The notes under the pieces were generated by a model that was not told where the DNA came from, did not search any database, and worked only from the letters and a program-made list of their open reading frames with translations. From Halorarum halobium (GTDB lineage Archaea > Halobacteriota > Halobacteria > Halobacteriales > Haloferacaceae), in contig NZ_CP134949.1 of NCBI RefSeq assembly GCF_032116555.1, forward strand, positions 2,480,001 to 2,544,000: a DNA stretch of 64,000 nucleotides, given 5' to 3'. Position numbers and translations under genes: made by a program. The stretch's first letter is position 1. Each line of letters starts with the position of its first letter. Below are positions 53,282 to 62,580 of this stretch, piece after piece.

Positions 53282-53472
53282 CTGTCGGTCCTCACCTCCT
53301 GACGGCACGTGCCAGGCGAGTGCATGTCATTCTCTCACTATGTCATCAAAAATCTTTGCAAACTCGGGGTCGGCCCGGGGATGTAACCCTGACAGCTTAC
53401 TTCCCAGTGGCGGCGAAAGTGGTCTCACGCGACCGGGCCAAGACCTATGTCGCCGCTGGGCCGAGTGCGGGC

Positions 53473-54669
53473 ATGGGCGGCACCGGTCTCGTCACACGAT
53501 CCGCGGCGGTCGAATCGCTGCTCGACCGCCGGCGGGAACTGCTGGCCGGCCGCGACGCGGAGTCGGTCACGCCCGACGTCGTCGCCGGGCGGACGGCGGC
53601 GTCGGCCGTCACCGCTCCCGCTTCCGTCCCGTCCGCCGACTTCGCCACGATGGACGGCTTCGCGTTCGCGTCGGGCGACGAGTATCCCCGCTCCGTCGTC
53701 GCCCGCGTCGACCCCGCGGGCGATCCGCCCGCACTCGGCGTCGGCGAGGCGGTTCGGGTCGCCACCGGCGCGCCGCTGCCCGCGCGAGCCGACGCGGTGC
53801 TCCCGCGGGAGGACGCCACCGTCTCCGACGCCGGGCTCACCGGCCCGTCGCTCTCGCCGGGAACGAACCTCGTCCGGGCGGGAACGACGGCGACCGAGGG
53901 CGAGGCGCTCTTCGAGGCGGGCGACCGGCTGGCCCCCCGACACGCGGCGCTGCTCCGCGACGTCGGCGTCGACGAGGTGGCCGTCCACCGTCGGCTCTCG
54001 GTCGGCATCCTCGCGACCGGCACCGAGATCCACGAGGGGACACAGCCCGACCGTGACTCGGACGTGCTGGCGAACCTCGTGCGCGAGTGGGGTCACGCGC
54101 CGACGCTGCTCGGCGCGGTGCCGGACGAGGAAGCGGCAGTGTACGGGGCGATCGAGCGCGCGGCTGACGCCCACGACCTCGTCCTGACCTCGGGCGGCAC
54201 CGGCGGGAGCGAGGGCGACCACGTCGGGACCGCCCTCGCGGATCACGACCGGCTGTTCGCGGGCGTCGCGCTGCGTCCCGGCCGCCCGACGACCGCCGCG
54301 ACGGTCGGCGGGACGCTCGTCTGCGGGCTCCCCGGCAAGCCGCTGGCGGCCCACACGGCCGCGACGCTGCTCGTCCGGCCGGCGCTCACCGGGGAGACGC
54401 GGCTGCCGACGGTCACGGTCCCCGCGACGAGCGACGTCGACCTCCCCTCGCCCGACCGCGAGTACGCGGTTCCGGTCGCGTTCAGCGACGGGCAGGCGGA
54501 ACCGGTCGGCCACGAGGACTCGGATCGGCCGCTGTACGGCACCCGATTCGCACCCGGCCGCGTCGCCGCGACCACCGCGATCTCGCTCGCGGACGGATTC
54601 GTCCTGACGACCGAGCCGTTCGAGTCGGGCGACTCCGTCGAGGTGGTCCCGTACGAGGTGGTCGAGTGA
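53473..54669 (+). CDS. moeA: Molybdopterin molybdenumtransferase MoeA-like
   Basis: ATMDGFA, VATGAPLP..ADAV..E, ATGTE, TSGGTG, RPGRP, GLPGKP. Confidence 0.88.
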   Translation: MGGTGLVTRSAAVESLLDRRRELLAGRDAESVTPDVVAGRTAASAVTAPASVPSADFATMDGFAFASGDEYPRSVVARVDPAGDPPALGVGEAVRVATGAPLPARADAVLPREDATVSDAGLTGPSLSPGTNLVRAGTTATEGEALFEAGDRLAPRHAALLRDVGVDEVAVHRRLSVGILATGTEIHEGTQPDRDSDVLANLVREWGHAPTLLGAVPDEEAAVYGAIERAADAHDLVLTSGGTGGSEGDHVGTALADHDRLFAGVALRPGRPTTAATVGGTLVCGLPGKPLAAHTAATLLVRPALTGETRLPTVTVPATSDVDLPSPDREYAVPVAFSDGQAEPVGHEDSDRPLYGTRFAPGRVAATTAISLADGFVLTTEPFESGDSVEVVPYEVVE

Positions 54670-55397
54670 GCGACGACGGGCCGCCGGTCGTCCCGGCGGA
54701 GTCGGCCGCGGAACCGCCCGATGACGGCGGTGACTCGTCGGTGTTCGGGGTGATACTCGCGGCGGGGACGAGTTCCCGCTTCGGCGACGAGAACAAACTG
54801 CTCGCCGAGATCCGGGGCGAACGGCTGGTCCGCCGGGCGGTCCGAACGATGCTCGGGACGGACCCCGGGACCCTGGCGGGCGTGATCGTGGTGCTGGGTC
54901 ACGAGGCCGCCACGGTCCGCGAGGCGCTCGCGGGCGTGGACGCGAGTGCGGACGCCGCGGCGAGTGCGAACGCTGACGCGAGTGCGGATGCCGACGCGAG
55001 TGCGAACCTCGACGTGACGTTCGTCGAGAATCCGGACCATCGAGCGGGCCAGTCCACGTCGGTCCGCGCGGGGGTCGACGCGGTCGCGGACGCCGGCGGC
55101 GACGCTGCGGTGTTCCTCCCCGGCGACATGCCGTTCGTCGCTCCCGAAACCGTCGAGCGCCTCGTGGCCGCCTACCGGGCGGACGCCGGCAGCGCCATCG
55201 CCGCGGCCTATCACGGGCGGCGCGGCAACCCGGTGCTGTTCGACGAGCGCCACTTCGACGCGCTACGGGCGGTCGATGGCGACACCGGCGGCCGGGCGGT
55301 GCTGCTGGAGAGCGGTGGCGGAATCTTACTCGACGTCGCGGACGCCGGCGTCCGAACCGACGTCGATACCGCGGAGGATCTCGATCGGCACGGGTAG
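54666..55397 (+). CDS. mocA: Molybdenum cofactor cytidylyltransferase MocA-like
   Basis: ILAAGTSSRFG..NKLL, GQSTS, GDMPFV, GNPVLF, GDTGGR, DVDT.EDL. Confidence 0.88.
   Translation: MSDDGPPVVPAESAAEPPDDGGDSSVFGVILAAGTSSRFGDENKLLAEIRGERLVRRAVRTMLGTDPGTLAGVIVVLGHEAATVREALAGVDASADAAASANADASADADASANLDVTFVENPDHRAGQSTSVRAGVDAVADAGGDAAVFLPGDMPFVAPETVERLVAAYRADAGSAIAAAYHGRRGNPVLFDERHFDALRAVDGDTGGRAVLLESGGGILLDVADAGVRTDVDTAEDLDRHG
54939..55010 (+). repeat. 4 x 18-bp in-frame tandem repeat inside mocA
   Basis: gacgcgagtgcggacgcc / gcggcgagtgcgaacgct / gacgcgagtgcggatgcc / gacgcgagtgcgaacctc. Confidence 0.85.
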
Positions 55398-55547
55398 GTC
55401 GACGTCGCCGGCACCGTGAAACAGCTCCCGGAGCGACGCCGTCGCTCCCGTGCAGCGTCGGCGGTCGGGCCGAGCGCGAACCGCTCGATTCGCGTCGTTC
55501 CTCGTCCGTGATCGCGCCGTTCGTGATCGTGGCGACCGATGGGATCG

Positions 55548-55853
55548 CTACCGCGGTCCCACGATGAACTCGGGAGCGACGACGATGGTGACCACCAGAC
55601 ACAGCAGCAGGAGGATCGCCGTCACGCGGAGGATGCCGGCCGCTCGGCGTCGATGCTCCGGGAGGGACTCGGCGATGCCCGACAGGGCGGTTCCGCCGAT
55701 CATGAAGGGGAGCCAGTTCGCCGAGGACGCATCGCCCCGGACCACGTTGTACGCGTAGAGGCTCGAAAAGACGAACGTGCCGGCGAACATGACGATCGCC
55801 TGGCGGCGACCGGACGGCTCGCTAAACAGCACCTGGCTGATTCCGGAGGGCAT
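55548..55853 (-). CDS. Small membrane protein (about 3 TM)
   Basis: Three hydrophobic segments, AESLP..RRR.AG.LR. Confidence 0.65.
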   Translation of the reverse strand: MPSGISQVLFSEPSGRRQAIVMFAGTFVFSSLYAYNVVRGDASSANWLPFMIGGTALSGIAESLPEHRRRAAGILRVTAILLLLCLVVTIVVAPEFIVGPR

Positions 55854-55907
55854 GGGCCGTACTGACCGCCCGCACCCATAAGTAGGTACTCGTCCTCGAC
55901 CGACTGG

Positions 55908-55973
55908 TGTCGAACGTAATCGTCCCGACCGAGTGATGTCGAACGTAATCGTCCCAACCGAGTGATTTCGAAC
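55908..55973. repeat. About 2.3 x 29-bp tandem repeat, intergenic
   Basis: tgtcgaacgtaatcgtcccgaccgagtga / tgtcgaacgtaatcgtcccaaccgagtga / tttcgaac. Confidence 0.85.
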
Positions 55974-56128
55974 CCTTCACGCGGCGATCGCCTTCCGCAG
56001 CCGTGCTGAATCGAAGCGCATCCCGGATCCGTGATCGGGGCGACGCGGCGGGGGACGAGACTGCCCGGTGCGGAATGCAGGATCGGCGGACGAGCCACTC
56101 GTGGTCCGGTCGGGGGCCTCTCACGCGT

Positions 56129-56812
56129 TCATTCGGTCGTGGAGCGCCCGTCGGACCTGGTTGCGACCGCGACGTAGTTCGTCCCGAGCGCGACCCGTTC
56201 GACGACCGCCGTGTCGTCGAACGACCGTTCCAGCGCCGCGAGAACGTTATGTTCGTCGTTCCAGTTTCCGAACGCCCGATAGAAGCGCCGGATGAGCGGG
56301 TTCAGCAGTCGACCCGGGCCGGACGGGACGAGCCGGATCTCGTAGACGGCGAACCGGGCGCCGGGTTCGAGCACGTCGTGGACGTTCTCGACGGTCGCCG
56401 GCACGTCCGGCGTGGAACTCACCGCGGTGGTGGCAAGCGCGCCGTCGAACCGCTCGTCGCCGAGCGAGAGCGCCGTCGCGTCGGCTCGAACGGCTTCGAC
56501 GTTCTCCCAGCCGTGCGTTTCGATCCGTTCGGTCGCGCGCTCGACCATCCCGGGACTGAGATCGACGCCGATCACGCGACCGTCAGCGCCGATCGCCTCC
56601 CGGAGCAGTTCGAAGTTCGTCCCCGGTCCACAGCCGACGTCGAGGACGGTATCGCCCGGTTCGAGGTCGAGTCGGGCCACGGCGTCGCCACGAAGCTCCC
56701 GCGTGTCCCGCTCGTAGACGCGCCAGAACCGTTCCCGGGCGCTCCAGAAGTCCCACTTGCGCCGATCCTGCTCCAGCTTCGATCGCCGGTCCGAGGTGGC
56801 CCGTCCGTCCAT
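56129..56812 (-). CDS. Class I SAM-dependent methyltransferase (UbiE-like)
   Basis: VLDVGCGPG, GVDLSPGM, ADAT, LEPGAR. Confidence 0.88.
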   Translation of the reverse strand: MDGRATSDRRSKLEQDRRKWDFWSARERFWRVYERDTRELRGDAVARLDLEPGDTVLDVGCGPGTNFELLREAIGADGRVIGVDLSPGMVERATERIETHGWENVEAVRADATALSLGDERFDGALATTAVSSTPDVPATVENVHDVLEPGARFAVYEIRLVPSGPGRLLNPLIRRFYRAFGNWNDEHNVLAALERSFDDTAVVERVALGTNYVAVATRSDGRSTTE

Positions 56813-56929
56813 ACTCCCGCTTCGTCGGCCCCGGGAACAGTGGTTTTCCCGATACCGTTCGCCACTTTATAAGCAAGGAGCTGTGGCGGGCGATCGCGTC
56901 ACGGTTCGGGCGAGCGGACGGCCGGCGGC

Positions 56930-57577
56930 TCAGGGGGTCGTTCCGAGCAGCTGACCGACCGCACGTGCCGCTCCCCGACGCAGTAGTTCCGAGGCGGTCG
57001 AGACGGCACAGTCGAGTTCCGTCGCCACGGCCTCGATACCGTTGCGGCGCGGCACGTCGAAGTAGCCGAGCTCCCAGGCGACCTGCAGCGCGTCCCGCTG
57101 GCGGTCGGACACCGACGTCCCGAACGACACGACGTCGTCCCCGAGCTGCAGTATCTCGATCGAAACCCCGTCGGGAACCGACTCCGAGAGTGCCTTGAGA
57201 TCCTCGGGATGGCCGACGACGGTCATCCGCATCGTTCGATCGGAGCGGAACTCGATCGGCGGGACGATCACGACCGTGTCCTGCGCGAGCGAGTTCAGCA
57301 TCGACGTCCCCGCCGGACCGAGTTCCCGACGGAGGTAGACGAAGAACCCGTCCTCGTCGGGCGTGATGTCGTACTCCAGCACCGATTCACGGTCGGCCAG
57401 CAGGGGCTCGAACGCGTCCGGATCCCCGTACACGAAGGAGCTGATCGTCTCGACGCCGTCGGCGGACTGTCCGCCCAGTATGATCTCCCGGTCCAGGTCG
57501 GGCGAGTCACACAGGCCCCTGTGGAGGGGGACGAGCGCCTCCTCGCCGAACCGAAGCTCCACGCGCATCGATCTCAT
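56930..57577 (-). CDS. Bat-like HTH-10 transcriptional regulator
   Basis: SDRQRDAL..A.ELGYFDVPR...A.ELDC..STASELLRR. Confidence 0.88.
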   Translation of the reverse strand: MRSMRVELRFGEEALVPLHRGLCDSPDLDREIILGGQSADGVETISSFVYGDPDAFEPLLADRESVLEYDITPDEDGFFVYLRRELGPAGTSMLNSLAQDTVVIVPPIEFRSDRTMRMTVVGHPEDLKALSESVPDGVSIEILQLGDDVVSFGTSVSDRQRDALQVAWELGYFDVPRRNGIEAVATELDCAVSTASELLRRGAARAVGQLLGTTP

Positions 57578-57654
57578 CGGCCACGACGTGGACGCCCGGC
57601 GGCTTAAATGGCCGATACAGTTCGGGGCCACCGAGGACGCTCCCGCGGCTCGGA

Positions 57655-58305
57655 CTACCAGGCCGACCAGGCGGTCGTCGTCTCGTCGCGGGCGTACACC
57701 CGCTTCACGTCCTTGGCGAACACCATGTCGCCCTCGTGGTCGAACTTCTCGCGGCGGTAGCCCTCCGCCTCGTCGCGGACCTGCACGCCCTCGATCTCGA
57801 ACTCGTCGTCGCCGAACCGCTCGACGTCGCCGACGACGAACTCGAAGTCGCCGGGGACGTGGACCTTCAGACTCCGCGTCTCGTCGTGTCTGCCGTCCTT
57901 CGGGTGGACGGTCACGTTCACGCCGACGTTGTCGACGACGCGGGTCCAGACCGTCTCGACGTCGCCGAGCTGGGCCTCCTCGACGCGCCGTTCCTCGCCG
58001 AGTTCGACCGTCGTCACGCGGACCTGCTGGATGGCGGCCTCGGTGTCGACGACGAACTCGTCGCCGACCTCGACGGTCTCCTCGGGGTTTGCCGCGAGCG
58101 AGGTCGGGTACGACTCGCCCTCCTGGGAGACGATCACGTCCACGTCGGTCGTGGCGGGCCGCTCGATCTCGATCTTGTGGGTGTGCCCGCACTCGGTACA
58201 GCGGACGGTCGCGTGTCCGCCCGGCTTCAACACCTCGTGGGCCGTCCGCGCGTTGCAGCCGGGACAGTCGGCCGGCACGCGCTCTCCGGCGTCGGAATCG
58301 CTCAT
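57655..58305 (-). CDS. HVO_0476-family archaeal zinc-finger protein
   Basis: CPGC..HEVLK..VRC.ECG..H, VIVSQEGES, AKDVKRVY, C-terminal AWSAW. Confidence 0.85.
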   Translation of the reverse strand: MSDSDAGERVPADCPGCNARTAHEVLKPGGHATVRCTECGHTHKIEIERPATTDVDVIVSQEGESYPTSLAANPEETVEVGDEFVVDTEAAIQQVRVTTVELGEERRVEEAQLGDVETVWTRVVDNVGVNVTVHPKDGRHDETRSLKVHVPGDFEFVVGDVERFGDDEFEIEGVQVRDEAEGYRREKFDHEGDMVFAKDVKRVYARDETTTAWSAW

Positions 58306-58583
58306 GGCCCCCCTTCCTGCTCGCGGCGTATAACGCCTCGTTTCTGTCCGCGCCGGTCCGTCCAGCGCTCGTCGCCATCCACGCGCATCCGGTCCGAATG
58401 TAGCCCATCGCGGAACCACGGCGACCGTCGAGCCCCACAGTCCGGGAACGGATCGGTCGATCGAGCCGTCCGGTCCCGATCGACCGGTCCGAAGCCCGGA
58501 ACGACGGCCGCCCCGGGCTCAGGACGAGGGCCGGCCCTGCGGTCAGGACGAAGGCGGGATGCGGACCGGAACGACTTTGTTCA

Positions 58584-58599
58584 TTTAGGCAGGCCTAAA
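58584..58599. promoter_or_regulatory. DtxR-type metal box TTTAGGCAGGCCTAAA
   Basis: Near-perfect palindrome; 15/16 identical to the box at 59743. Confidence 0.75.
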
Positions 58600-58603
58600 G
58601 AAC

Positions 58604-58699
58604 ATGAGACGCAGATCGGGACGATCGCGTCCCCCGGTGGGAGTCGACGATTCGATGGACGGGCGGCGCGTGACGGACGCCGGCGGCGAGGTCGTCTGA
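58604..58699 (+). CDS. Putative 31-aa leader ORF (MRRRSGRSRPPVGVDDSMDGRRVTDAGGEVV)
   Basis: ATG 4 nt after the metal box, same spacing as box 2 to ATG 59763; stops 7 nt before ATG 58707. Confidence 0.4.
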   Translation: MRRRSGRSRPPVGVDDSMDGRRVTDAGGEVV

Positions 58700-58706
58700 A
58701 CGTCCG

Positions 58707-59663
58707 ATGGCACCGAACGAGACTCGCTCCTCCGAGGCGGTCGTCGTCGTGGGCGGCGGCCCGACCGGAGCCACCGCCGGCGTGTTCACGGCCAGGTACG
58801 GACTCGACACGGTCGTCTTCGACCGCGGCGTCTCCGCGTTGCAGCGCTGCGCGTTCCTGGAGAACTACCCGGGCTTTCCGGGCGGCATCGACGTCGGGAC
58901 GTTCTCGGACCTGTTGTGCGCCCAGATCGAGGCCGCGGGCTGTACGCTGATCGAGGACACGGTCACGTCGGTCACCGACGCGCCCGACGGCGAGGGGTTC
59001 CTCGTCGAGACCGGGGACGGCCGTCGCCTCGAAACCGACCGCGTGGTCGCGTCGGCGTGGTACGACGGCGACTACCTCCGGCCGCTCGGCGGCGACGCCA
59101 TGTTCGAGACGCACGACCACGGCGACGGGGAGCACGAGCACTTCGACCCCGACTACGCGGACGACGACGGCCGAACGCCCGTCGAGGGCCTGTACGTCGC
59201 CGCCCCGGCCGGCCAGCACAGCGTCCAGGCGGTGGTCGCCGCGGGCCACGGCGCACACGTCGCCAGGTCGCTCCTCGCGGACCGCCGGGCCGACCAGGGG
59301 TATCCCGACGGCGTCGCCCCCCGCTACGACTGGATGCGCCGGGACTCCGAGTTCGCCGGCGAGTGGGGCGACCGGGACCGCTGGCGCGAGTGGTACGAGT
59401 CCGAAGCGGGGACGGACCACGACCTGGACGAGGAGCGGTTCGTCGAACTGCGCGAACGCTACATCGATCGGGCGTTCGAGACGCGCGTCCCCGACGAGGA
59501 GATCGAGGAGCGCTCGCGGGAGGGGCTCCGCAGGCTCGTCGAGACGTTGGGGCCCGAGCGCGTCCTGGACGCGATGGACGAGGAGACGGTTCGTGCCCAC
59601 GTCGAGTCGGACGAGGGGGACGCCGACAGTTCCGACGGGCGGGACGCCCCGGACACGACCTGA
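58707..59663 (+). CDS. FAD-dependent oxidoreductase (TrxB-like N-terminus, no CxxC, acidic C-terminal extension)
   Basis: VVVVGGGPTG, LENYPGFPGGI, T.VEGLYVA. Confidence 0.8.
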   Translation: MAPNETRSSEAVVVVGGGPTGATAGVFTARYGLDTVVFDRGVSALQRCAFLENYPGFPGGIDVGTFSDLLCAQIEAAGCTLIEDTVTSVTDAPDGEGFLVETGDGRRLETDRVVASAWYDGDYLRPLGGDAMFETHDHGDGEHEHFDPDYADDDGRTPVEGLYVAAPAGQHSVQAVVAAGHGAHVARSLLADRRADQGYPDGVAPRYDWMRRDSEFAGEWGDRDRWREWYESEAGTDHDLDEERFVELRERYIDRAFETRVPDEEIEERSREGLRRLVETLGPERVLDAMDEETVRAHVESDEGDADSSDGRDAPDTT

Positions 59664-59742
59664 GCGTCGCCCGCCGCCGTCCTCGCTCGTGGCACTGCTG
59701 GCCGTGATCGTCGGACGGCGAAAAGTCGAAACCGATTTATGC

Positions 59743-59758
59743 TTTAGGCCGGCCTAAA
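59743..59758. promoter_or_regulatory. DtxR-type metal box TTTAGGCCGGCCTAAA
   Basis: Perfect 16-bp palindrome between TATA (TTTATG 59736-59741) and ATG 59763. Confidence 0.8.
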
Positions 59759-59762
59759 CATC

Positions 59763-60959
59763 ATGGACGGCAAGTCACGGAACGGGTCGACTCGACGCAC
59801 GTTTCTCAGAGCAGGCGCGACGATCAGCGTCGGCGGGCTGACGGCCGGCTGTGCCGGCGGGACCGACGCCGGATCGACGCCGACCGACACCGAGGAGGCG
59901 AGCACTCCCGAGCCGACCGAGGCGGAGCCGACGGGGACCGGGACGGACACGGCCACCGAGACGGACGGGTCGTACTCGGTCACAATGGAGCCGGTCGGAA
60001 CGGTCGAGTTCGACGCGGTGCCCGAGTCGTGGTTCCCGTACACGGCCGATTACGCGGACATGGGCGTTGCGCTGGGACGGGCCGACGGGCTCTCGGCGAT
60101 CGGCGTCGGGGCGCGGTTCGGCTCGCACCTCTACGAGGAACTCCCGGGCGTCTCGGTCGACGATGGCGAACTCACGGAGCTCTGGCAGGACGGCACCGGC
60201 AAGGAGATCTTCTACGAACTCGACGCCGACGTCCACGTCATCGACCCGAACTTCATGCTGAACCGGCTCCAGTGGAGCCGGGCGGACGTCGACGAGATCG
60301 CCGAGAACGTCGCGCCGTTCTTCGGAAACACGGTGTTCTCGCGGGTGTACGGCTGGCACGACTACGCGGACTACTCGATGTACGAGGCGTTCGAGAAACT
60401 CGCTGCGGTGTTCCAGGAACGCGACCGCTACGAGGCGTTCGCCGCCTACCACGACGAAGTGATCGCCGACGTCGGGTCGCGACTCCCCGCCGAAACGCCC
60501 GACGTCGCGGTGCTGTACCCCGCGGGCGTTCCCCCCGAGTCGTTCTACCCGTACCGCATCGGCGAGGGGACACAGTCGAAACACTGGACGGACCTGAACG
60601 TCGGCGACGCGCTGGCCAAGAACGACGTGACGGACGCCCAGGCGGGCGGCAGCACCCTCGACTACGAGGCGCTGCTGGAGATCGACCCCGACGCGCTGGC
60701 GATCCGCCTCCAGGGCGAGATCACCGACGAGTACTTCCAGTCCGAGATCGTCTCGCACCTCGAATCCCACGACGTGGCGAGCGAACTGACCGCCGTCCGG
60801 AACGACCGGGTCATCTACGGCGGGCTGACCTACCAGGGACCGATCGTCCACCTCTTCCAGCTCGAATCGGCCGCGCAGGGGCTCTACCCCGACGAGTTCG
60901 GCGGCGAGCGGCTGTTCGACCGACGGCGGGTCGCCGACATCGTGAACGGCTCGGTCTGA
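59763..60959 (+). CDS. Iron/siderophore ABC substrate-binding lipoprotein (Tat)
   Basis: TRRTFL, TAGC, YSVTMEPVG.VEF, KEIFYELDADVH..DP, LDYEALLEIDPD, LTAV.NDRV..GG..YQGP. Confidence 0.85.
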   Translation: MDGKSRNGSTRRTFLRAGATISVGGLTAGCAGGTDAGSTPTDTEEASTPEPTEAEPTGTGTDTATETDGSYSVTMEPVGTVEFDAVPESWFPYTADYADMGVALGRADGLSAIGVGARFGSHLYEELPGVSVDDGELTELWQDGTGKEIFYELDADVHVIDPNFMLNRLQWSRADVDEIAENVAPFFGNTVFSRVYGWHDYADYSMYEAFEKLAAVFQERDRYEAFAAYHDEVIADVGSRLPAETPDVAVLYPAGVPPESFYPYRIGEGTQSKHWTDLNVGDALAKNDVTDAQAGGSTLDYEALLEIDPDALAIRLQGEITDEYFQSEIVSHLESHDVASELTAVRNDRVIYGGLTYQGPIVHLFQLESAAQGLYPDEFGGERLFDRRRVADIVNGSV

Positions 60960-61000
60960 GCCCGACGACCGCCGGTCACCCGGCCGCAGTACGTACTGTT

Positions 61001-61903
61001 ATGCTCCCGCAGTCACACCTTCACGGCGTGACAGCGGAGCGACGCCTCGCAGTGACGACCCGCGCGGAGACGTTCGACAGGCTCGCGGGCGCGTTCGCCC
61101 AGCGGGGCATCGAGGTCGTTCACGTCGACCCGAGCGAGCGCGTCACCTCGCTCGAGGCCCCCGATTTCCCCGACGTCGACGTCGGCTGGGTGTACCCCTC
61201 GCGGGCGATGGAGGGCGCGGTGCTGGACGCCCACCTCGACGTCCCGTGGGTGAACGGGCGGGACGCGGTGTTGCGGTCGCGCAACAAGGCCGGCGTCCTC
61301 GCCGCGCTCGGCGCGGCGGACCTGCCCGTCCCCGAGACGACGCTCGTCTCCAACCCGGTCGAGGAGGCCGACGTACTCGCGGCCGCCGAGTCCGTCGGCT
61401 ACCCGCTCGTGGTCAAGCCGAACTCGACGACCCGCGGCGTCGGCGTGACGAAGGTGGCCGACCCCGACTCGCTCTCGGGCGCGACGGACTATCTCGACCT
61501 CGTCCACGACTACCGGGCGACCGGCGACCGGTCGTACCTCCTCCAGGAGTTCCTGCCGGACGCGCGCGACTACCGCGTCATGGTCGTCGACGGCGAGTAC
61601 GCCGGCGCCGTGGAGCGTCGACTCCCGGAAGAGGAGACGGCTGCGGGCAGGTGGAAGCATAACGTCCACCGCGGCGCGGTGGCCGAGGCGACGTCGGTGC
61701 CGGCCGACCACCGACGCCTCGCCGAGCGTGCCGCGGCGACGCTGGACGCGCCGCTGCTGGGCGTCGATCTGCTCGAAACGGACGACCGACTGGTCGTCTC
61801 CGAGACGAACGCGCGCCCGACGGTGGACGCGGAAGCGAAGTACGAGGCCGGCTTCCTCGACGATCTCGCGGCGCTGGTGAGGCGGACCGCCGCAGGTGAG
61901 TGA
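61001..61903 (+). CDS. RimK-like ATP-grasp ligase (start may be GTG 61028)
   Basis: SRNKA, VPET, VVKPNS.TRG.G, QEF, DYRVMV, WKHNVHRG, GVDLL, ETNARP. Confidence 0.88.
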   Translation: MLPQSHLHGVTAERRLAVTTRAETFDRLAGAFAQRGIEVVHVDPSERVTSLEAPDFPDVDVGWVYPSRAMEGAVLDAHLDVPWVNGRDAVLRSRNKAGVLAALGAADLPVPETTLVSNPVEEADVLAAAESVGYPLVVKPNSTTRGVGVTKVADPDSLSGATDYLDLVHDYRATGDRSYLLQEFLPDARDYRVMVVDGEYAGAVERRLPEEETAAGRWKHNVHRGAVAEATSVPADHRRLAERAAATLDAPLLGVDLLETDDRLVVSETNARPTVDAEAKYEAGFLDDLAALVRRTAAGE

Positions 61904-61973
61904 GTGCCGCAGGTGAGCGCCGGCGTCGACGACCCCGGGTCGAGAACCGAACGGTGGGTCGCCCGCGGTCGGA

Positions 61974-62336
61974 TTACTCCACGTCGATGTCGGCCGACGG
62001 CTCCAGCGCGTCGAAGGTGACCTCGAGGACGCCGTTGTTGAACGACGCCGAGGCGGAGTGCTCGTCGACGCGGACCGGGAGGCGCACGCGCTCGTCGTAG
62101 CGGCGCGTCTCGCTGTCGGCGGCGATGGTGAGCGTCCGCCCGTCACACTGGAGGTCGACGTCGTCCTTCCCGACGCCCGGGAGGTCCGCGACGAGTCGGA
62201 CCAGTTCGTCCTCGTGCTGGACCGAGACGTGCGTGTCCGTGCCGAAGCCGGCGTCGCCCGTGCCCGCCACGTCGTTCATCATCCGCTCGATCTCGTCGAA
62301 GATGTCGCCGAATGGATCGTCGCGGTCGTCCCGCAT
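61974..62336 (-). CDS. Small heat-shock protein Hsp20
   Basis: DPFGDIFDEIERMM, ADLPGV.K.D, A.FNNGVLEV. Confidence 0.92.
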   Translation of the reverse strand: MRDDRDDPFGDIFDEIERMMNDVAGTGDAGFGTDTHVSVQHEDELVRLVADLPGVGKDDVDLQCDGRTLTIAADSETRRYDERVRLPVRVDEHSASASFNNGVLEVTFDALEPSADIDVE

Positions 62337-62580
62337 GAGCGGCCATAGCCCGGTGGCCCCGATAAGCCTTCTCCCCCCGGCATCGTTCGGGATACTCGTC
62401 GCGGCGTCGATCAGGATGCTCGCCGCGGCATCGCTCGGGATGTTCACCCCGGCGTCGTTGCTGGCTCCTACCCCACGACCGTGATCCGGTTTCGCTCACG
62501 CACGCCGTCTCCATCCCACGAACGGCAGCACGCGTCCGCCCAACGTCTTTCCGTGTCCGGGCACAAGTTCGGCCGGACCC

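Noticed and set aside
55908..55973. 29-bp repeats as a mini CRISPR array
   Set aside because: Units are directly adjacent with no spacers, and there are no cas genes
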